From positions 32,001 to 96,000 of IMG/VR virus record IMGVR_UViG_3300009790_000004: DNA of 64,000 bases. One strand, 5' to 3'. This stretch comes from a virus. Within the stretch, counting starts at the first letter, position 1. Every line of letters begins with the position of its first letter. Positions 1 to 9,358 of this stretch are shown here, piece by piece. The notes below the pieces were generated by a model, which did no database searches, was not told the DNA's origin, and saw only the letters and a list, made by a program, of their open reading frames with translations. The translations under genes were made by a program, and so were the position numbers.

Positions 1-301
1 TATCCCATAGAAGACCCTCGGATATTGGCCATTGATCTTCTACATTAATAATATTAGCAGATAATAGAACTACCCAGTCATATTTTGGACTCTTGTATAA
101 TACTTCTGCTACTGTATCAGGTCTTTCACCATCTTCTATTACATATTCATTAAAATTCATAGCAAACTGAAATATATCACTTTTCAGTCTTATTCTTTTG
201 AATATATTTTTAACCTCAACATATTGATTCCTCTGTCCACCTTCTTTTAGTGGATTGAGGTATTTAAAGTTAGGTAATAGATTGAAGTAAGCTACTGACA
301 T
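1..301 (-). CDS. gp53: Baseplate wedge protein gp53 (runs off the window edge)
   Basis: Manual translation from ATG at 301: MSVAYFNLLPNFKY...KNIFKR...YVIEDGERPDTVAEVLYKSPKYDWVVLLSANIINVEDQWP, a gp53-type LysM-like motif; directly downstream of gp48. Confidence 0.85.
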   Translation of the reverse strand, partial: MSVAYFNLLPNFKYLNPLKEGGQRNQYVEVKNIFKRIRLKSDIFQFAMNFNEYVIEDGERPDTVAEVLYKSPKYDWVVLLSANIINVEDQWPISEGLLWD

Positions 302-1290
302 TAGAAATCAATGAAATTTTCTTCATAATCTTCTCTATATATTGGCTCTAGTTCTTTAAATGCGAGATCTAATTTCATATGAACAGGAGTACCCATTTGA
401 TCTCCATAGGTTGAATACTGACCAGAACCAGTATAGTTAACTCCTACAGATTCTAAAGCACATATCTTAAATTTATTTAAGAAAGGATGTACACCAGATC
501 CTTTTCTGTAAGAAATCCTGAATACATCAGGACTTTGTAGAAATGCCATATCACCTTTAACTCTTTTGGGTGATGAACGCATTTTTAATTGCATGAACAT
601 TTCTTTAACTACTTTTGCTTCTTTATTATCTCTAGGAGCTATATCCCATCTAAATTGGAAAGGTCTTAAAGATACACTACTGAAAAGAAGTTCTAAGTTT
701 TGGTTTATTATTTGTCCTGATTGCCTTGCCATTATTTGATTGGCATTAATATTACTACCTGCTATTGCGTTTACTACACCAGCAGATGCTTTTGCCCTTA
801 CATAGTTTTGTAAACGAGTAGTATCTGATCCTGCAGCTTGTGCTTGCTTCATTGTATATGATGCACCTTCATCCCAACCAGCACCTATATCTTCAAGCAT
901 ATTACCATTATTGGATATTGCCTTATTTAATCCTGCTTCAACAGCACCTACACCAGCTCCTGTTAATGCATTCATATTTCCACCTTGCCAACCAACATTA
1001 TTCTTTGAACCTATTCCATTAGGCACTGGAAGTATAAAATTTCTTTCTGATTGAGCACCTTTTAGTTTACTAAATGCACCAGCACTACCAGAAAAACTAG
1101 GAGTTCCACCTTCTTTATATTTAATTGCTTCTATTAAAAAATAGTCAGTCTCAGCATCCATAATATCATATGGATATCTAAGTATTCCTGAATTTGCAGC
1201 ATTATTATTTCTGTTTGATCTAGAGGTTAGTCCTCCAACCAAAGCATTCTTGCCAAAATTCAATCCTTTTTTTATTAAACCAAAAGGCAT
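301..1290 (-). CDS. gp48: Baseplate tail-tube cap gp48
   Basis: N-terminal LRYP, then INQNLELLFSSVSLRPFQFRW, HPFLNKFKICAL..VNYT and LAFKELEP; synteny with gp53 and gp4. Confidence 0.8.
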   Translation of the reverse strand: MPFGLIKKGLNFGKNALVGGLTSRSNRNNNAANSGILRYPYDIMDAETDYFLIEAIKYKEGGTPSFSGSAGAFSKLKGAQSERNFILPVPNGIGSKNNVGWQGGNMNALTGAGVGAVEAGLNKAISNNGNMLEDIGAGWDEGASYTMKQAQAAGSDTTRLQNYVRAKASAGVVNAIAGSNINANQIMARQSGQIINQNLELLFSSVSLRPFQFRWDIAPRDNKEAKVVKEMFMQLKMRSSPKRVKGDMAFLQSPDVFRISYRKGSGVHPFLNKFKICALESVGVNYTGSGQYSTYGDQMGTPVHMKLDLAFKELEPIYREDYEENFIDF

Positions 1291-1309
1291 GATTGATACT
1301 ATTTTTACT

Positions 1310-1316
1310 TATTTAT
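1310..1316 (-). promoter_or_regulatory. T4-type late promoter (ATAAATA) for gp48-gp53
   Basis: ATAAATA on the minus strand about 20 nt upstream of the gp48 ATG. Confidence 0.55.
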
Positions 1317-1660
1317 GGTGATAATCTGAATTTTGCATATGGTATAGATCTAGCATCTTGTACTTCTCTAGGAAGAACTACATGCATTTGCCCTAAGACT
1401 TCTTCCCAGGTATAGTTTCTTATCTTACCCCAATGGTAATTGAAGCCTTTAAATCCCCATCTTTGTACCTCTGTACATGCTATCAAAGGAAACTCATCGT
1501 ATCTTATTTGGGGTGTTTTTGCTCTGTATATAAAAGTGTAATAGTTTCCTGCTTCTGGTATTATCTCTTTGTCCGTTAAAGCTTCCATTATTTCCAAGAA
1601 GAGATCGTCTGGTTCTTCCAAACCAGTTAATGAATCTACGACTGGTTGTAGTCTGCTCAT
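1313..1660 (-). CDS. gp2-like DNA end protector (short cyanophage form)
   Basis: YTFIYRAKTP..YDEFPLI....GFKGFNYHW resembles the gp2 core; lies between gp4 and gp48. Confidence 0.55.
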   Translation of the reverse strand: MSRLQPVVDSLTGLEEPDDLFLEIMEALTDKEIIPEAGNYYTFIYRAKTPQIRYDEFPLIACTEVQRWGFKGFNYHWGKIRNYTWEEVLGQMHVVLPREVQDARSIPYAKFRLSP

Positions 1661-2094
1661 ACTCCGAGATGATCCTCAGTCAGGATTTTGAAGGTTAAAC
1701 TTCTATCTTTACACCAATTATTTGCTGCTCCCCATTTTGCTTGGTTTTTAGCATACTCCATCACTTCACGCACATATGATTTAGATCTAGTCTTTTGTTT
1801 CTTAGGTTCAATGCATTGTTTCTTTGGTTTCACTTCAATAATGTATTTTTTAATCTGTCCAGTATTCTCACGAACTCTAATATAAAAGTCTGGAAAGTAC
1901 CTATGAATACGGTTATCTAAAGGACTACGATATGGAATAATAACTTCTTCACTACCCCATTCGAGGATGTTGGGATTCTTATCACAATACTTCATGAATT
2001 TGCGTTCCCACAAACTACGATAAATAATGTTTAGATGGTTCCCCCTATACTTTTCAATATTAGTAGGTCTGAACTTACCTGAATAAGCCATCAT
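1657..2094 (-). CDS. gp4: Head completion nuclease gp4 (TnsA-like PD-(D/E)XK)
   Basis: YSGKFRPTNIEKYRG, YRSLWERKFM, WGSEE, HRYFPDF, IEVKP, NQAKW, ILTEDHL. Confidence 0.9.
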   Translation of the reverse strand: MMAYSGKFRPTNIEKYRGNHLNIIYRSLWERKFMKYCDKNPNILEWGSEEVIIPYRSPLDNRIHRYFPDFYIRVRENTGQIKKYIIEVKPKKQCIEPKKQKTRSKSYVREVMEYAKNQAKWGAANNWCKDRSLTFKILTEDHLGV

Positions 2095-2111
2095 ACTGTA
2101 ACCGCTTTAGG

Positions 2112-2118
2112 TATTTAT
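2112..2118 (-). promoter_or_regulatory. T4-type late promoter (ATAAATA) for the gp4 operon
   Basis: ATAAATA on the minus strand just upstream of gp4. Confidence 0.55.
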
Positions 2119-2119
2119 T

Positions 2120-2920
2120 GTGTCAAGAGATGGATCACCAAGATTAAGAAAGACTTCGGATATCTTACCGTTGTTTACGAAAGTAGCAACTACAGCTCAT
2201 TACGAATTGTCTTTTCCAGCAATGCCTTGGCAGTTGTTGAATTATATTAAGATGGAAAGTGATGATTTAATAGATAATGCATTTGTTTTTAGAGATCTAG
2301 GTTTACTATGTAAGAATGCACAATTACCTGGAACTGCTTATGCTACGGCTCAGATCAATGGTAATTACATGGGCATCAATCAAAAGTATGCTCACACAAG
2401 GATATATACAGATTCATCATTTACTTTCATAGTTGACGATGATTATAAAGTTATTAAATTTTTTGAATTATGGCAAGAATTTATTTCTAGTGGATCAGAT
2501 ACGAATAGAAGTAGAAAGGCATATTACCATAGGATGAAATTTCCTGCAGAGTATAAGATTGATACTATGCATCTACAGAAATTTGATAAGAATCATGGTG
2601 CTAGTGTAGAATATACATTCCTTAGTGCATTTCCTGTCAATATTACTCCTGTTGCAGTCAGTTATGAATCAAGTAGAATTTTAGAAATATCCGTTTCATT
2701 TGCTTATGATAGATATTTCTTTGGTAGTCTTAGACGACAAGATACAAGAAGTAATCAGAACAGTAAAGCAGGACCAAATCCATATCCAGACTCATTCTTA
2801 ACTCATGCTGGTAATTCAACTGGAACACTTAATGAAGTGAATAATGGAGAAGATGTCAATAATAGTAGAGATCAGAATAACAATTCTGATGGTGGTAAGA
2901 AGGATACATCAGAACAGTAA
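2120..2920 (+). CDS. gp54: Baseplate tail-tube initiator gp54 (gp19-like fold)
   Basis: LLCKNAQLPG, FTFIVDDDYKVIKFFELWQEFI, AFPVNI, ISVSFAYDRY; divergent from gp4. Confidence 0.65.
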   Translation: MSRDGSPRLRKTSDILPLFTKVATTAHYELSFPAMPWQLLNYIKMESDDLIDNAFVFRDLGLLCKNAQLPGTAYATAQINGNYMGINQKYAHTRIYTDSSFTFIVDDDYKVIKFFELWQEFISSGSDTNRSRKAYYHRMKFPAEYKIDTMHLQKFDKNHGASVEYTFLSAFPVNITPVAVSYESSRILEISVSFAYDRYFFGSLRRQDTRSNQNSKAGPNPYPDSFLTHAGNSTGTLNEVNNGEDVNNSRDQNNNSDGGKKDTSEQ

Positions 2921-2956
2921 ATATGCTATAATATATAAATCAGTGAATACTAGTAT

Positions 2957-3631
2957 ATGGGATTAGCACAGGATTTGAAGTCGGGGACTAAACAGTCTCA
3001 TTCGGCAGCAGAGAATACTAAGTTTGTTAGTTCATTTCTCAAAGGTGTAGTAAGTAGAGAAGGTTATAGGCAACTTGTTGCTAACTATTACTTCATCTAT
3101 CATGCTATGGAAGTAGAAGTTCTAAGATTGAAAGATGATCCTATTGTGGGACCATTGAACATGAAGGAACTTTATAGACATCGTAGTCTAGCAAAAGACT
3201 GTGAGTATTTTTATGGTAGGGGCTGGGCAAAGAATATCTATCCTACTGATGCATGTCAACAGTATGTTAACCGTATTCGTGAAGTAGCACATGACCAGAC
3301 TGAACTTCTTGTAGGTCACCACTATACTCGTTATCTTGGTGATTTGTCTGGAGGTCAGATCCTTAGAAATATTGCTCAGAATGCTCTTAAGTTAGATGAT
3401 GGTGGTTTAGACTTCTATGAGTTTCCTAATATAGAGAATAAGAAGGAGTTTAAAGATCATTATCGTGCTACACTAAATACACTGCCTGTGTCTGAATCAC
3501 AGGTCTCTGCTATTGTTTCAGAGGCAAACTATGCATTTCGTTTGAATATGTTTATGTTTGATGAGTTGGATGGCAATGCGTTCAAGTCTACAATAGCTTA
3601 CCTATTCGGACTATTTAATAAAAAAGATTGA
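2957..3631 (+). CDS. ho1: Heme oxygenase (auxiliary metabolic gene)
   Basis: LKSGTKQSHSAAEN (proximal His), HHYTRYLGDLSGGQIL, EANYAFRLN; extended -10 TGcTATAAT at 2924-2932. Confidence 0.95.
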   Translation: MGLAQDLKSGTKQSHSAAENTKFVSSFLKGVVSREGYRQLVANYYFIYHAMEVEVLRLKDDPIVGPLNMKELYRHRSLAKDCEYFYGRGWAKNIYPTDACQQYVNRIREVAHDQTELLVGHHYTRYLGDLSGGQILRNIAQNALKLDDGGLDFYEFPNIENKKEFKDHYRATLNTLPVSESQVSAIVSEANYAFRLNMFMFDELDGNAFKSTIAYLFGLFNKKD

Positions 3632-4344
3632 TGCCATTACCTAAAATTGTTACCCCGACCTATACATTGGTCGTTCCTTCTACAGGAAAAAAGATTACAT
3701 ATAGACCTTTCTTAGTCAAAGAAGAAAAAGTTCTTGTTATGGCTATGGAAAGTGATAATATGGATCAAGTTGGTCGAGCTATTAAAGATGTATTAAGTGC
3801 TTGTATTAATACTCGTGGAGTTAGAGTTGAGAAGTTATCTACATTTGATATTGAGTATTTGTTTCTACATATTCGTGGTAAATCTGTTGGAGAAACTATA
3901 GAAGTCATGGCTACTTGTCCTGATGATGGAGAAACAAAGGTTCCAATGACTATTGCTATTGATGATATTGAAATTCAGCAAGATCCAAAGCATGATAAAG
4001 ATATTAAATTGGATGAGAATCTAACACTTAGAATGAGATATCCTTCTCTTACTGAATTTGTTGATCAAAATTTTGGAGATGGTGATAAAGTTACTCAATC
4101 ATTTGATGTTATTGCTAGTTGTATAGATATGATCTTCTCAGATGAAGAAACATGGAATGCAAAAGATCATTCTAAAAAAGAATGGAATGCATTTGTAGAG
4201 ACATTACCGTCTCAATCATTTAAGAGGATAGAGGAATTCTTTAATACAATGCCTAAATTATCGCATAGTGTTACTGTTCAAAATCCTAATACTGGTGTAG
4301 AAAGTCAAGTCATATTGGAGGGACTAGCAAGTTTTTTCACCTAG
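3628..4344 (+). CDS. gp26: Baseplate hub subunit gp26
   Basis: MPLPKIVTPTY, YRPFLVKEEKVL, DIEYLFLHIRGKSVGE, FFNTMPKL, LEGLASFF. Confidence 0.9.
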   Translation: MMPLPKIVTPTYTLVVPSTGKKITYRPFLVKEEKVLVMAMESDNMDQVGRAIKDVLSACINTRGVRVEKLSTFDIEYLFLHIRGKSVGETIEVMATCPDDGETKVPMTIAIDDIEIQQDPKHDKDIKLDENLTLRMRYPSLTEFVDQNFGDGDKVTQSFDVIASCIDMIFSDEETWNAKDHSKKEWNAFVETLPSQSFKRIEEFFNTMPKLSHSVTVQNPNTGVESQVILEGLASFFT

Positions 4345-4346
4345 CG

Positions 4347-4529
4347 ATGTTGCATCAAGATATAGTAGCGTATTATAAAATTAATTTCGCCTTGATGCAG
4401 CATCATAAATATAGCTTGAGTGATATAGAAAATATGATTCCTTGGGAACGAGATATATACATCAGTCTCTTGGAACAATACATTGAAGAAGAGAATCTAA
4501 AGAATCAACAAGCTAATGGTATTAGATGA
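4347..4529 (+). CDS. gp51: Baseplate hub assembly catalyst gp51
   Basis: YYKINFALMQHHKYSLSDIENMIPWERDIY. Confidence 0.9.
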   Translation: MLHQDIVAYYKINFALMQHHKYSLSDIENMIPWERDIYISLLEQYIEEENLKNQQANGIR

Positions 4530-6304
4530 CCATAGACCCTAAGAAAGTATTTCCAAAATCAAGTAGGACAGATGCACAACGATCTGCATCTGAAGCTGGT
4601 GCTGCGACTACGGACAAAGATGGAAAAATAACTGCTAAACAATTTTTAGGTCTTAATAAAAATATTTTTTCTATTAATAGAAATCTTAATGCAATTGCAA
4701 ATTTATTAAAGAAACAAGCAGATAATGAAAAGGCTAGTGATCAAGCAGACGCAAAACAACAACGAGCAGCAGCAGATAAAGATAAAAAATCTGGAATGGA
4801 AGCATTTATTGAAGGTGCTTTAGTTAATACAGTAGTTAAACCTATAGAGAAAGCTAAACAAGTAACTGGAAGTGTTTTTGAAAGATTGTTTAAAGCACTT
4901 GGAGCCATTTTTGGTGGCTATGTTGGAATGAAAGGTCTTAAAGGAATACAGGCTTGGTTGGAAGGAGATAAGAGTATATTAAATCAGTTGGGTAATGATA
5001 TTAAAGCAGTATTAGCTACAGCTGCTGGAGTATTTCTTGCTATTAATGTAGGAATTCCACTTCTTACAGCTAGTATTAGTGCATTGATTGGTTCTCTTGG
5101 TGCTGGTGGAGCTTTTGCTGGTATATTAGGAGCATTGGCTAATCCATATGTATGGTTGGGACTCATAGGTGCATTAACAATTGCTGCAATGGGTACAACA
5201 CTTTTTCTACTGCTTCGAGATATTCATAGTGGTGAGTATGGTGAAAATATGCAGGGTATTGGATCTTATAATCAAATGACGCAAGATGCCATTACTAGAG
5301 TTAGTGAAGTTGGTTTAGATCAATTTAAAAAAGAACAACGACAAAAAATAGAAGCACATCTTGCAAAATATCCTTGGTTATTGGATAAGAATGGTGAGAT
5401 TAGAAATGATTTTGATCCAAAGAGAGCACTTACTAAGGAAGGATCAGTACTTAATGAACTTCTACAAGATCTAAAATACGCCAATGCAGGTGATTGGAAT
5501 AAGTGGGATGCTGGTTTGATGAGTGATAATAATACAAAATTGTTTAATCAGATACCAGCGATGATCGAACAGTTCCAAGGTGAATGGGCTAAGTTCCATG
5601 CATTAGCGAAAGAAATAACATTATTAATGGAAGATAATGCAACTGTTGAAGATTGTCCACCAGCAATACAAAAAAAGATTAAAGCATTGATGGAGACTCA
5701 GCAGGGTCATAAGAATAAGATGATGGTGTATATGGATGGTATTAAAGAATTAAGAAATCAGATGGATAGTGATGGTAAGAATTATTTGGATATGTTCTTA
5801 AGAAGACATAATATGCCTAATTTACTTCAAAGAACTGATTGGTGGGGTAAAGTAGTGCAACCAGGTCCAATTCTTGATGCAGTAGCAGTACAAGAAGGTA
5901 ATCAAGAAGGAACAAGATCATTGGCTATTAATACTTTTGGTAATCTAGGAGCAATGAATGAGGATCTTAAGGAAGATATAGGTAGAATGCCTGAACAAGT
6001 TTCTAGTAGTGATACTTTATCCAGTTCATTTCTTAATTCCAACATTGATTGGAGTGGGTCAGCAACTGCATTTAGTGATACTAAATTTAATTCTGCAGAA
6101 TTATTAACTTCTGGTGCATTCGTTAACGAAGGAAACTTTAGTTTTGTACCAATGTTTGCTGATACTAATCAGGATGGTGTAGTTGATGAGGATGAAACTG
6201 CATCATATATGGAGTCAATTTCAGAGTTACCAAATTTTCCCATAACAGATCTTAGTAATTATTATAGAGATCTGGGTTCAGTTAATTATGGAGCAGTTGA
6301 CTAA
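4526..6304 (+). CDS. Tape-measure / gp29-like helical virion protein
   Basis: Coiled-coil N-terminus and Ala/Gly-rich hydrophobic segment; sits after gp26-gp51. Confidence 0.45.
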   Translation: MTIDPKKVFPKSSRTDAQRSASEAGAATTDKDGKITAKQFLGLNKNIFSINRNLNAIANLLKKQADNEKASDQADAKQQRAAADKDKKSGMEAFIEGALVNTVVKPIEKAKQVTGSVFERLFKALGAIFGGYVGMKGLKGIQAWLEGDKSILNQLGNDIKAVLATAAGVFLAINVGIPLLTASISALIGSLGAGGAFAGILGALANPYVWLGLIGALTIAAMGTTLFLLLRDIHSGEYGENMQGIGSYNQMTQDAITRVSEVGLDQFKKEQRQKIEAHLAKYPWLLDKNGEIRNDFDPKRALTKEGSVLNELLQDLKYANAGDWNKWDAGLMSDNNTKLFNQIPAMIEQFQGEWAKFHALAKEITLLMEDNATVEDCPPAIQKKIKALMETQQGHKNKMMVYMDGIKELRNQMDSDGKNYLDMFLRRHNMPNLLQRTDWWGKVVQPGPILDAVAVQEGNQEGTRSLAINTFGNLGAMNEDLKEDIGRMPEQVSSSDTLSSSFLNSNIDWSGSATAFSDTKFNSAELLTSGAFVNEGNFSFVPMFADTNQDGVVDEDETASYMESISELPNFPITDLSNYYRDLGSVNYGAVD

Positions 6305-7782
6305 TGGCAGGACCAACTAAGTTAGTAGATGCTAAGGAGGCTCTTCAGGTAATTGATTTTGGTTTGCTTTCTATTAGGCAAACTACTCAAGGTATTCGCA
6401 AAGCTTTAGGTAAAGAAGTTCGCAGAGATCAACAAGCAACTCAGAAGAAGCAAGGATTTTTAAGAAGATTATTTGATAATGCTAGGAAGAAAGATGCAGA
6501 GAAATTAGTTGAAGCACAAAAACCAAAGAGTTTTTTAAGTACAGCTTCTGCAAATATTATGAGTGCTGGTAGTAGTTTCTTTGAGAGAATATTAAAAGCT
6601 GCTGGAATATTTTTAGTTGGATATTTGGCTGCTAAACTACCTATAATTATTAAAAAAATTCAGGAAGTTGTTGATTGGGTAAAGAGTGTTGCTGGATTTA
6701 TAAAGCCATTTGTAGATGGTGTGGTGGGTATAAGTCGTACTATTGCAAGCACAGTTGGTGAATGGATAACTGGAATAAAGAAAGATAATGATTGGACTAA
6801 GGATGGAGATGCTGTTCAAGCTAAGATGAAGGAATTGAATGAATCAGTTGAAACTTTAAATAAAGATTGGCTTACATTACAGGACAAAATTAAGCTGGAT
6901 ATAGAGAATGCAGAAAAGGATGGTCGTGAGTCTGTAGAGGGATTGCCTCAAGAGACTCAAGATACAGTTGAAGCAACAGATAATCGATCTTCACAAATAA
7001 TAGATTTACAGGAAAAAAGGGATTCTGGAGAGTTAAGTGATGAACAGTATCTAATTGAAGTGAATAAGATATATGAGCAAAGAGTAGATAATGATACAGA
7101 GGAAATGAGTAATTTTAGTACAAATAAAGAGCAACCTATTGTTGGATCTGGTTTGAGTACACAAGAGAAAATTGCTGCTCTTGAAGTACAATTAAAGGAT
7201 ATGCCAATTGGTAGTCAGCCTTGGCTAACAGGTGAGAGAAGGGGCATAGTAAATCAAATTAAGGAATTGAAGGCAGAGCAGGAGTTAAAACTCACAAAGA
7301 ATAATAATACTGGTAGCAGTACTAATGAGAAGGTTGTTGTTAAAGAGGAGAAGAAAAAAGAATACAGACCGATGACAAAAGAGGATTGGGTGGCATATAG
7401 AAATGATAGAGCGAGGAGATATAATAATAGTAACAATCCAAAGGTTAAAGTAACATTTATAAACATGATTAATAAGGCTAATCGTGAATTAGGTCTACCT
7501 CATATCACCATTCCTTCAAATAAATCTAAAGAATTTCTAGCTCATAAGGTTCCATATATTACTAATGATTTGAAAGTAAATGGAGTATTAAAATCTGATG
7601 CTAATTTAAAATCGGTTACAGGAAAAACTATTGAAATTCCCATTGATACTAGTGAAGTCGCAATAAATAAGGGTAGTAAAACTACTATAGTGAATAATGG
7701 TTCTGATGGTAATGGTGGAACTATTATAATATCTCAGAATCCAATATCACAATTATCTAAGTTTAATAGACACTTTACCTGA
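6304..7782 (+). CDS. Second tape-measure-like helical virion protein
   Basis: Same N-terminal layout as the upstream gene (FFERILKAAGIFLVGY vs VFERLFKALGAIFGGY); coupled stop/start. Confidence 0.4.
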   Translation: MAGPTKLVDAKEALQVIDFGLLSIRQTTQGIRKALGKEVRRDQQATQKKQGFLRRLFDNARKKDAEKLVEAQKPKSFLSTASANIMSAGSSFFERILKAAGIFLVGYLAAKLPIIIKKIQEVVDWVKSVAGFIKPFVDGVVGISRTIASTVGEWITGIKKDNDWTKDGDAVQAKMKELNESVETLNKDWLTLQDKIKLDIENAEKDGRESVEGLPQETQDTVEATDNRSSQIIDLQEKRDSGELSDEQYLIEVNKIYEQRVDNDTEEMSNFSTNKEQPIVGSGLSTQEKIAALEVQLKDMPIGSQPWLTGERRGIVNQIKELKAEQELKLTKNNNTGSSTNEKVVVKEEKKKEYRPMTKEDWVAYRNDRARRYNNSNNPKVKVTFINMINKANRELGLPHITIPSNKSKEFLAHKVPYITNDLKVNGVLKSDANLKSVTGKTIEIPIDTSEVAINKGSKTTIVNNGSDGNGGTIIISQNPISQLSKFNRHFT

Positions 7783-9086
7783 TGGCAATTGCACCAACTG
7801 CTGCTTCTACCTTTGAAGTTTTTGATATAACCTCAGCTGATGGTAGCCAAACCGTTAGTTTAATTGGTGGTATCACTAAATTACAATATTTTGAGACTTT
7901 AATGTCTCCAATGTGTACTGCTATAGTGGATGTGGTTAATACTGGTAATACTATTGATGGTCAAGGATTATATAATGGTTTACCTGTCCGTGGTGGAGAA
8001 AGAGTATACTATAAAGTAAAAACTCCTCTCGAAGCAGAGGGAGAAAAAGAAGAACATCTTGAGAGTGTTTTGTATGTCAATAGAATAACAAATGTTATAT
8101 CAAATAAAGGAGTAGAAACTTTCACTCTTCATCTTGTTGCTAGAGAGGGAATTAGTAATGAGCAAAGTAGAGTAACTCGTAAATTTTATGGAAAGACTAT
8201 AGATCAGAGCGTTACTGAGATTGTTAAATTAGTAGAACCATTAAAACAAACTGAATTTGAAAAGTGTGAAAATATCTATAATTTTATAGGTAATTTGAGG
8301 AAACCATTTACTATTCTATTGTGGTTAGCATCTAAAGCAATTCCTGTAGGAGCAACTAGTAAGAGTGCTGGATTTTTCTTTTGGCAAACTAGAAAAGGAT
8401 TTCATTTTAAATCAGTTGAGCATATGATTAAAGAAGCAGTAGATGGTAAGGATAAATTGCAAAGATATTTTTATTCTCAATCATTAGATCCTTCGTTGGA
8501 GGATGCATTCCAGAATGCTGTAAAGATTCTAACTTATTCAGTTAGAGCAGATACAGATGTTCTTGCTGATTTGAATAAAGGAGTTCATTCTACTTATAGA
8601 ATATTTTTTAATCCAGTTAGTTTTGAGTTTACTCAACCACAAAATTCTGTATTTAAAGAGAAACCAGCATCTCAATTAGGGGTTCCTGAAGAGGAGAGAC
8701 CATTGGTTGCTGATCCTGAAAATATTCCAGGAAATATGATGGCATCAAGGATCATTAGTCAGGTATATGATGTAGGGACATTAGATGTGGGTGTATCAAC
8801 ATCAATTAATTACGATCCTGTTGATAGTGCTTCTCAGGCTATAACAAGATATGGTATGTTGTTTAACACACAATTGAGTTTAACCATACCTACTAATACT
8901 GAATTGGTCGCTGGTGATGCTATAATGTTATACTTCCCTAAGACAACTGATGCCGAACCTGAGATAGATGATAGGATAAGTGGGATATATATTATTAAGG
9001 ATCTCACTCACATATTCCTACCTAATACCTCATACACAGCTGCGGTAGTTGTAAGGGATTCACATGGTCTTAATCCACAATCATAA
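7782..9086 (+). CDS. Baseplate hub protein (gp27-like)
   Basis: GLPVRGGE, AGFFFWQTRKGFHFKSVE, SGIYIIKDLTH; located upstream of gp5. Confidence 0.55.
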   Translation: MAIAPTAASTFEVFDITSADGSQTVSLIGGITKLQYFETLMSPMCTAIVDVVNTGNTIDGQGLYNGLPVRGGERVYYKVKTPLEAEGEKEEHLESVLYVNRITNVISNKGVETFTLHLVAREGISNEQSRVTRKFYGKTIDQSVTEIVKLVEPLKQTEFEKCENIYNFIGNLRKPFTILLWLASKAIPVGATSKSAGFFFWQTRKGFHFKSVEHMIKEAVDGKDKLQRYFYSQSLDPSLEDAFQNAVKILTYSVRADTDVLADLNKGVHSTYRIFFNPVSFEFTQPQNSVFKEKPASQLGVPEEERPLVADPENIPGNMMASRIISQVYDVGTLDVGVSTSINYDPVDSASQAITRYGMLFNTQLSLTIPTNTELVAGDAIMLYFPKTTDAEPEIDDRISGIYIIKDLTHIFLPNTSYTAAVVVRDSHGLNPQS

Positions 9087-9088
9087 CT

Positions 9089-9358
9089 ATGACAACTAAA
9101 GTACCCGATCATGATCTCAATCATGAGGTCTATATAGATCCAAAGGATCATAAAGAGCATGTTAATCATGGTATGATTGAATATACTGAAGAAGATCTTA
9201 AAATGCACAATGATGCATTTCATGATCATGATGAAAATGAAGAGAATGAAGGTGGTGCTAAGATAAATGATTGGCATACCAGACATCAAGATTCAAAACT
9301 TGAAGTCTATTGTGATAATCACCCAGATTCACTCGAATGTAGAGTTTACGACGACTAA
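9089..9358 (+). CDS. cp12: CP12 Calvin-cycle inhibitor
   Basis: C-terminal LEVYCDNHPDSLECRVYDD signature. Confidence 0.9.
   Translation: MTTKVPDHDLNHEVYIDPKDHKEHVNHGMIEYTEEDLKMHNDAFHDHDENEENEGGAKINDWHTRHQDSKLEVYCDNHPDSLECRVYDD

Noticed and set aside
1657-2094. TnsA-like nuclease as evidence of a transposon
   Set aside because: It is the core T4-like gp4 head completion protein in its normal context
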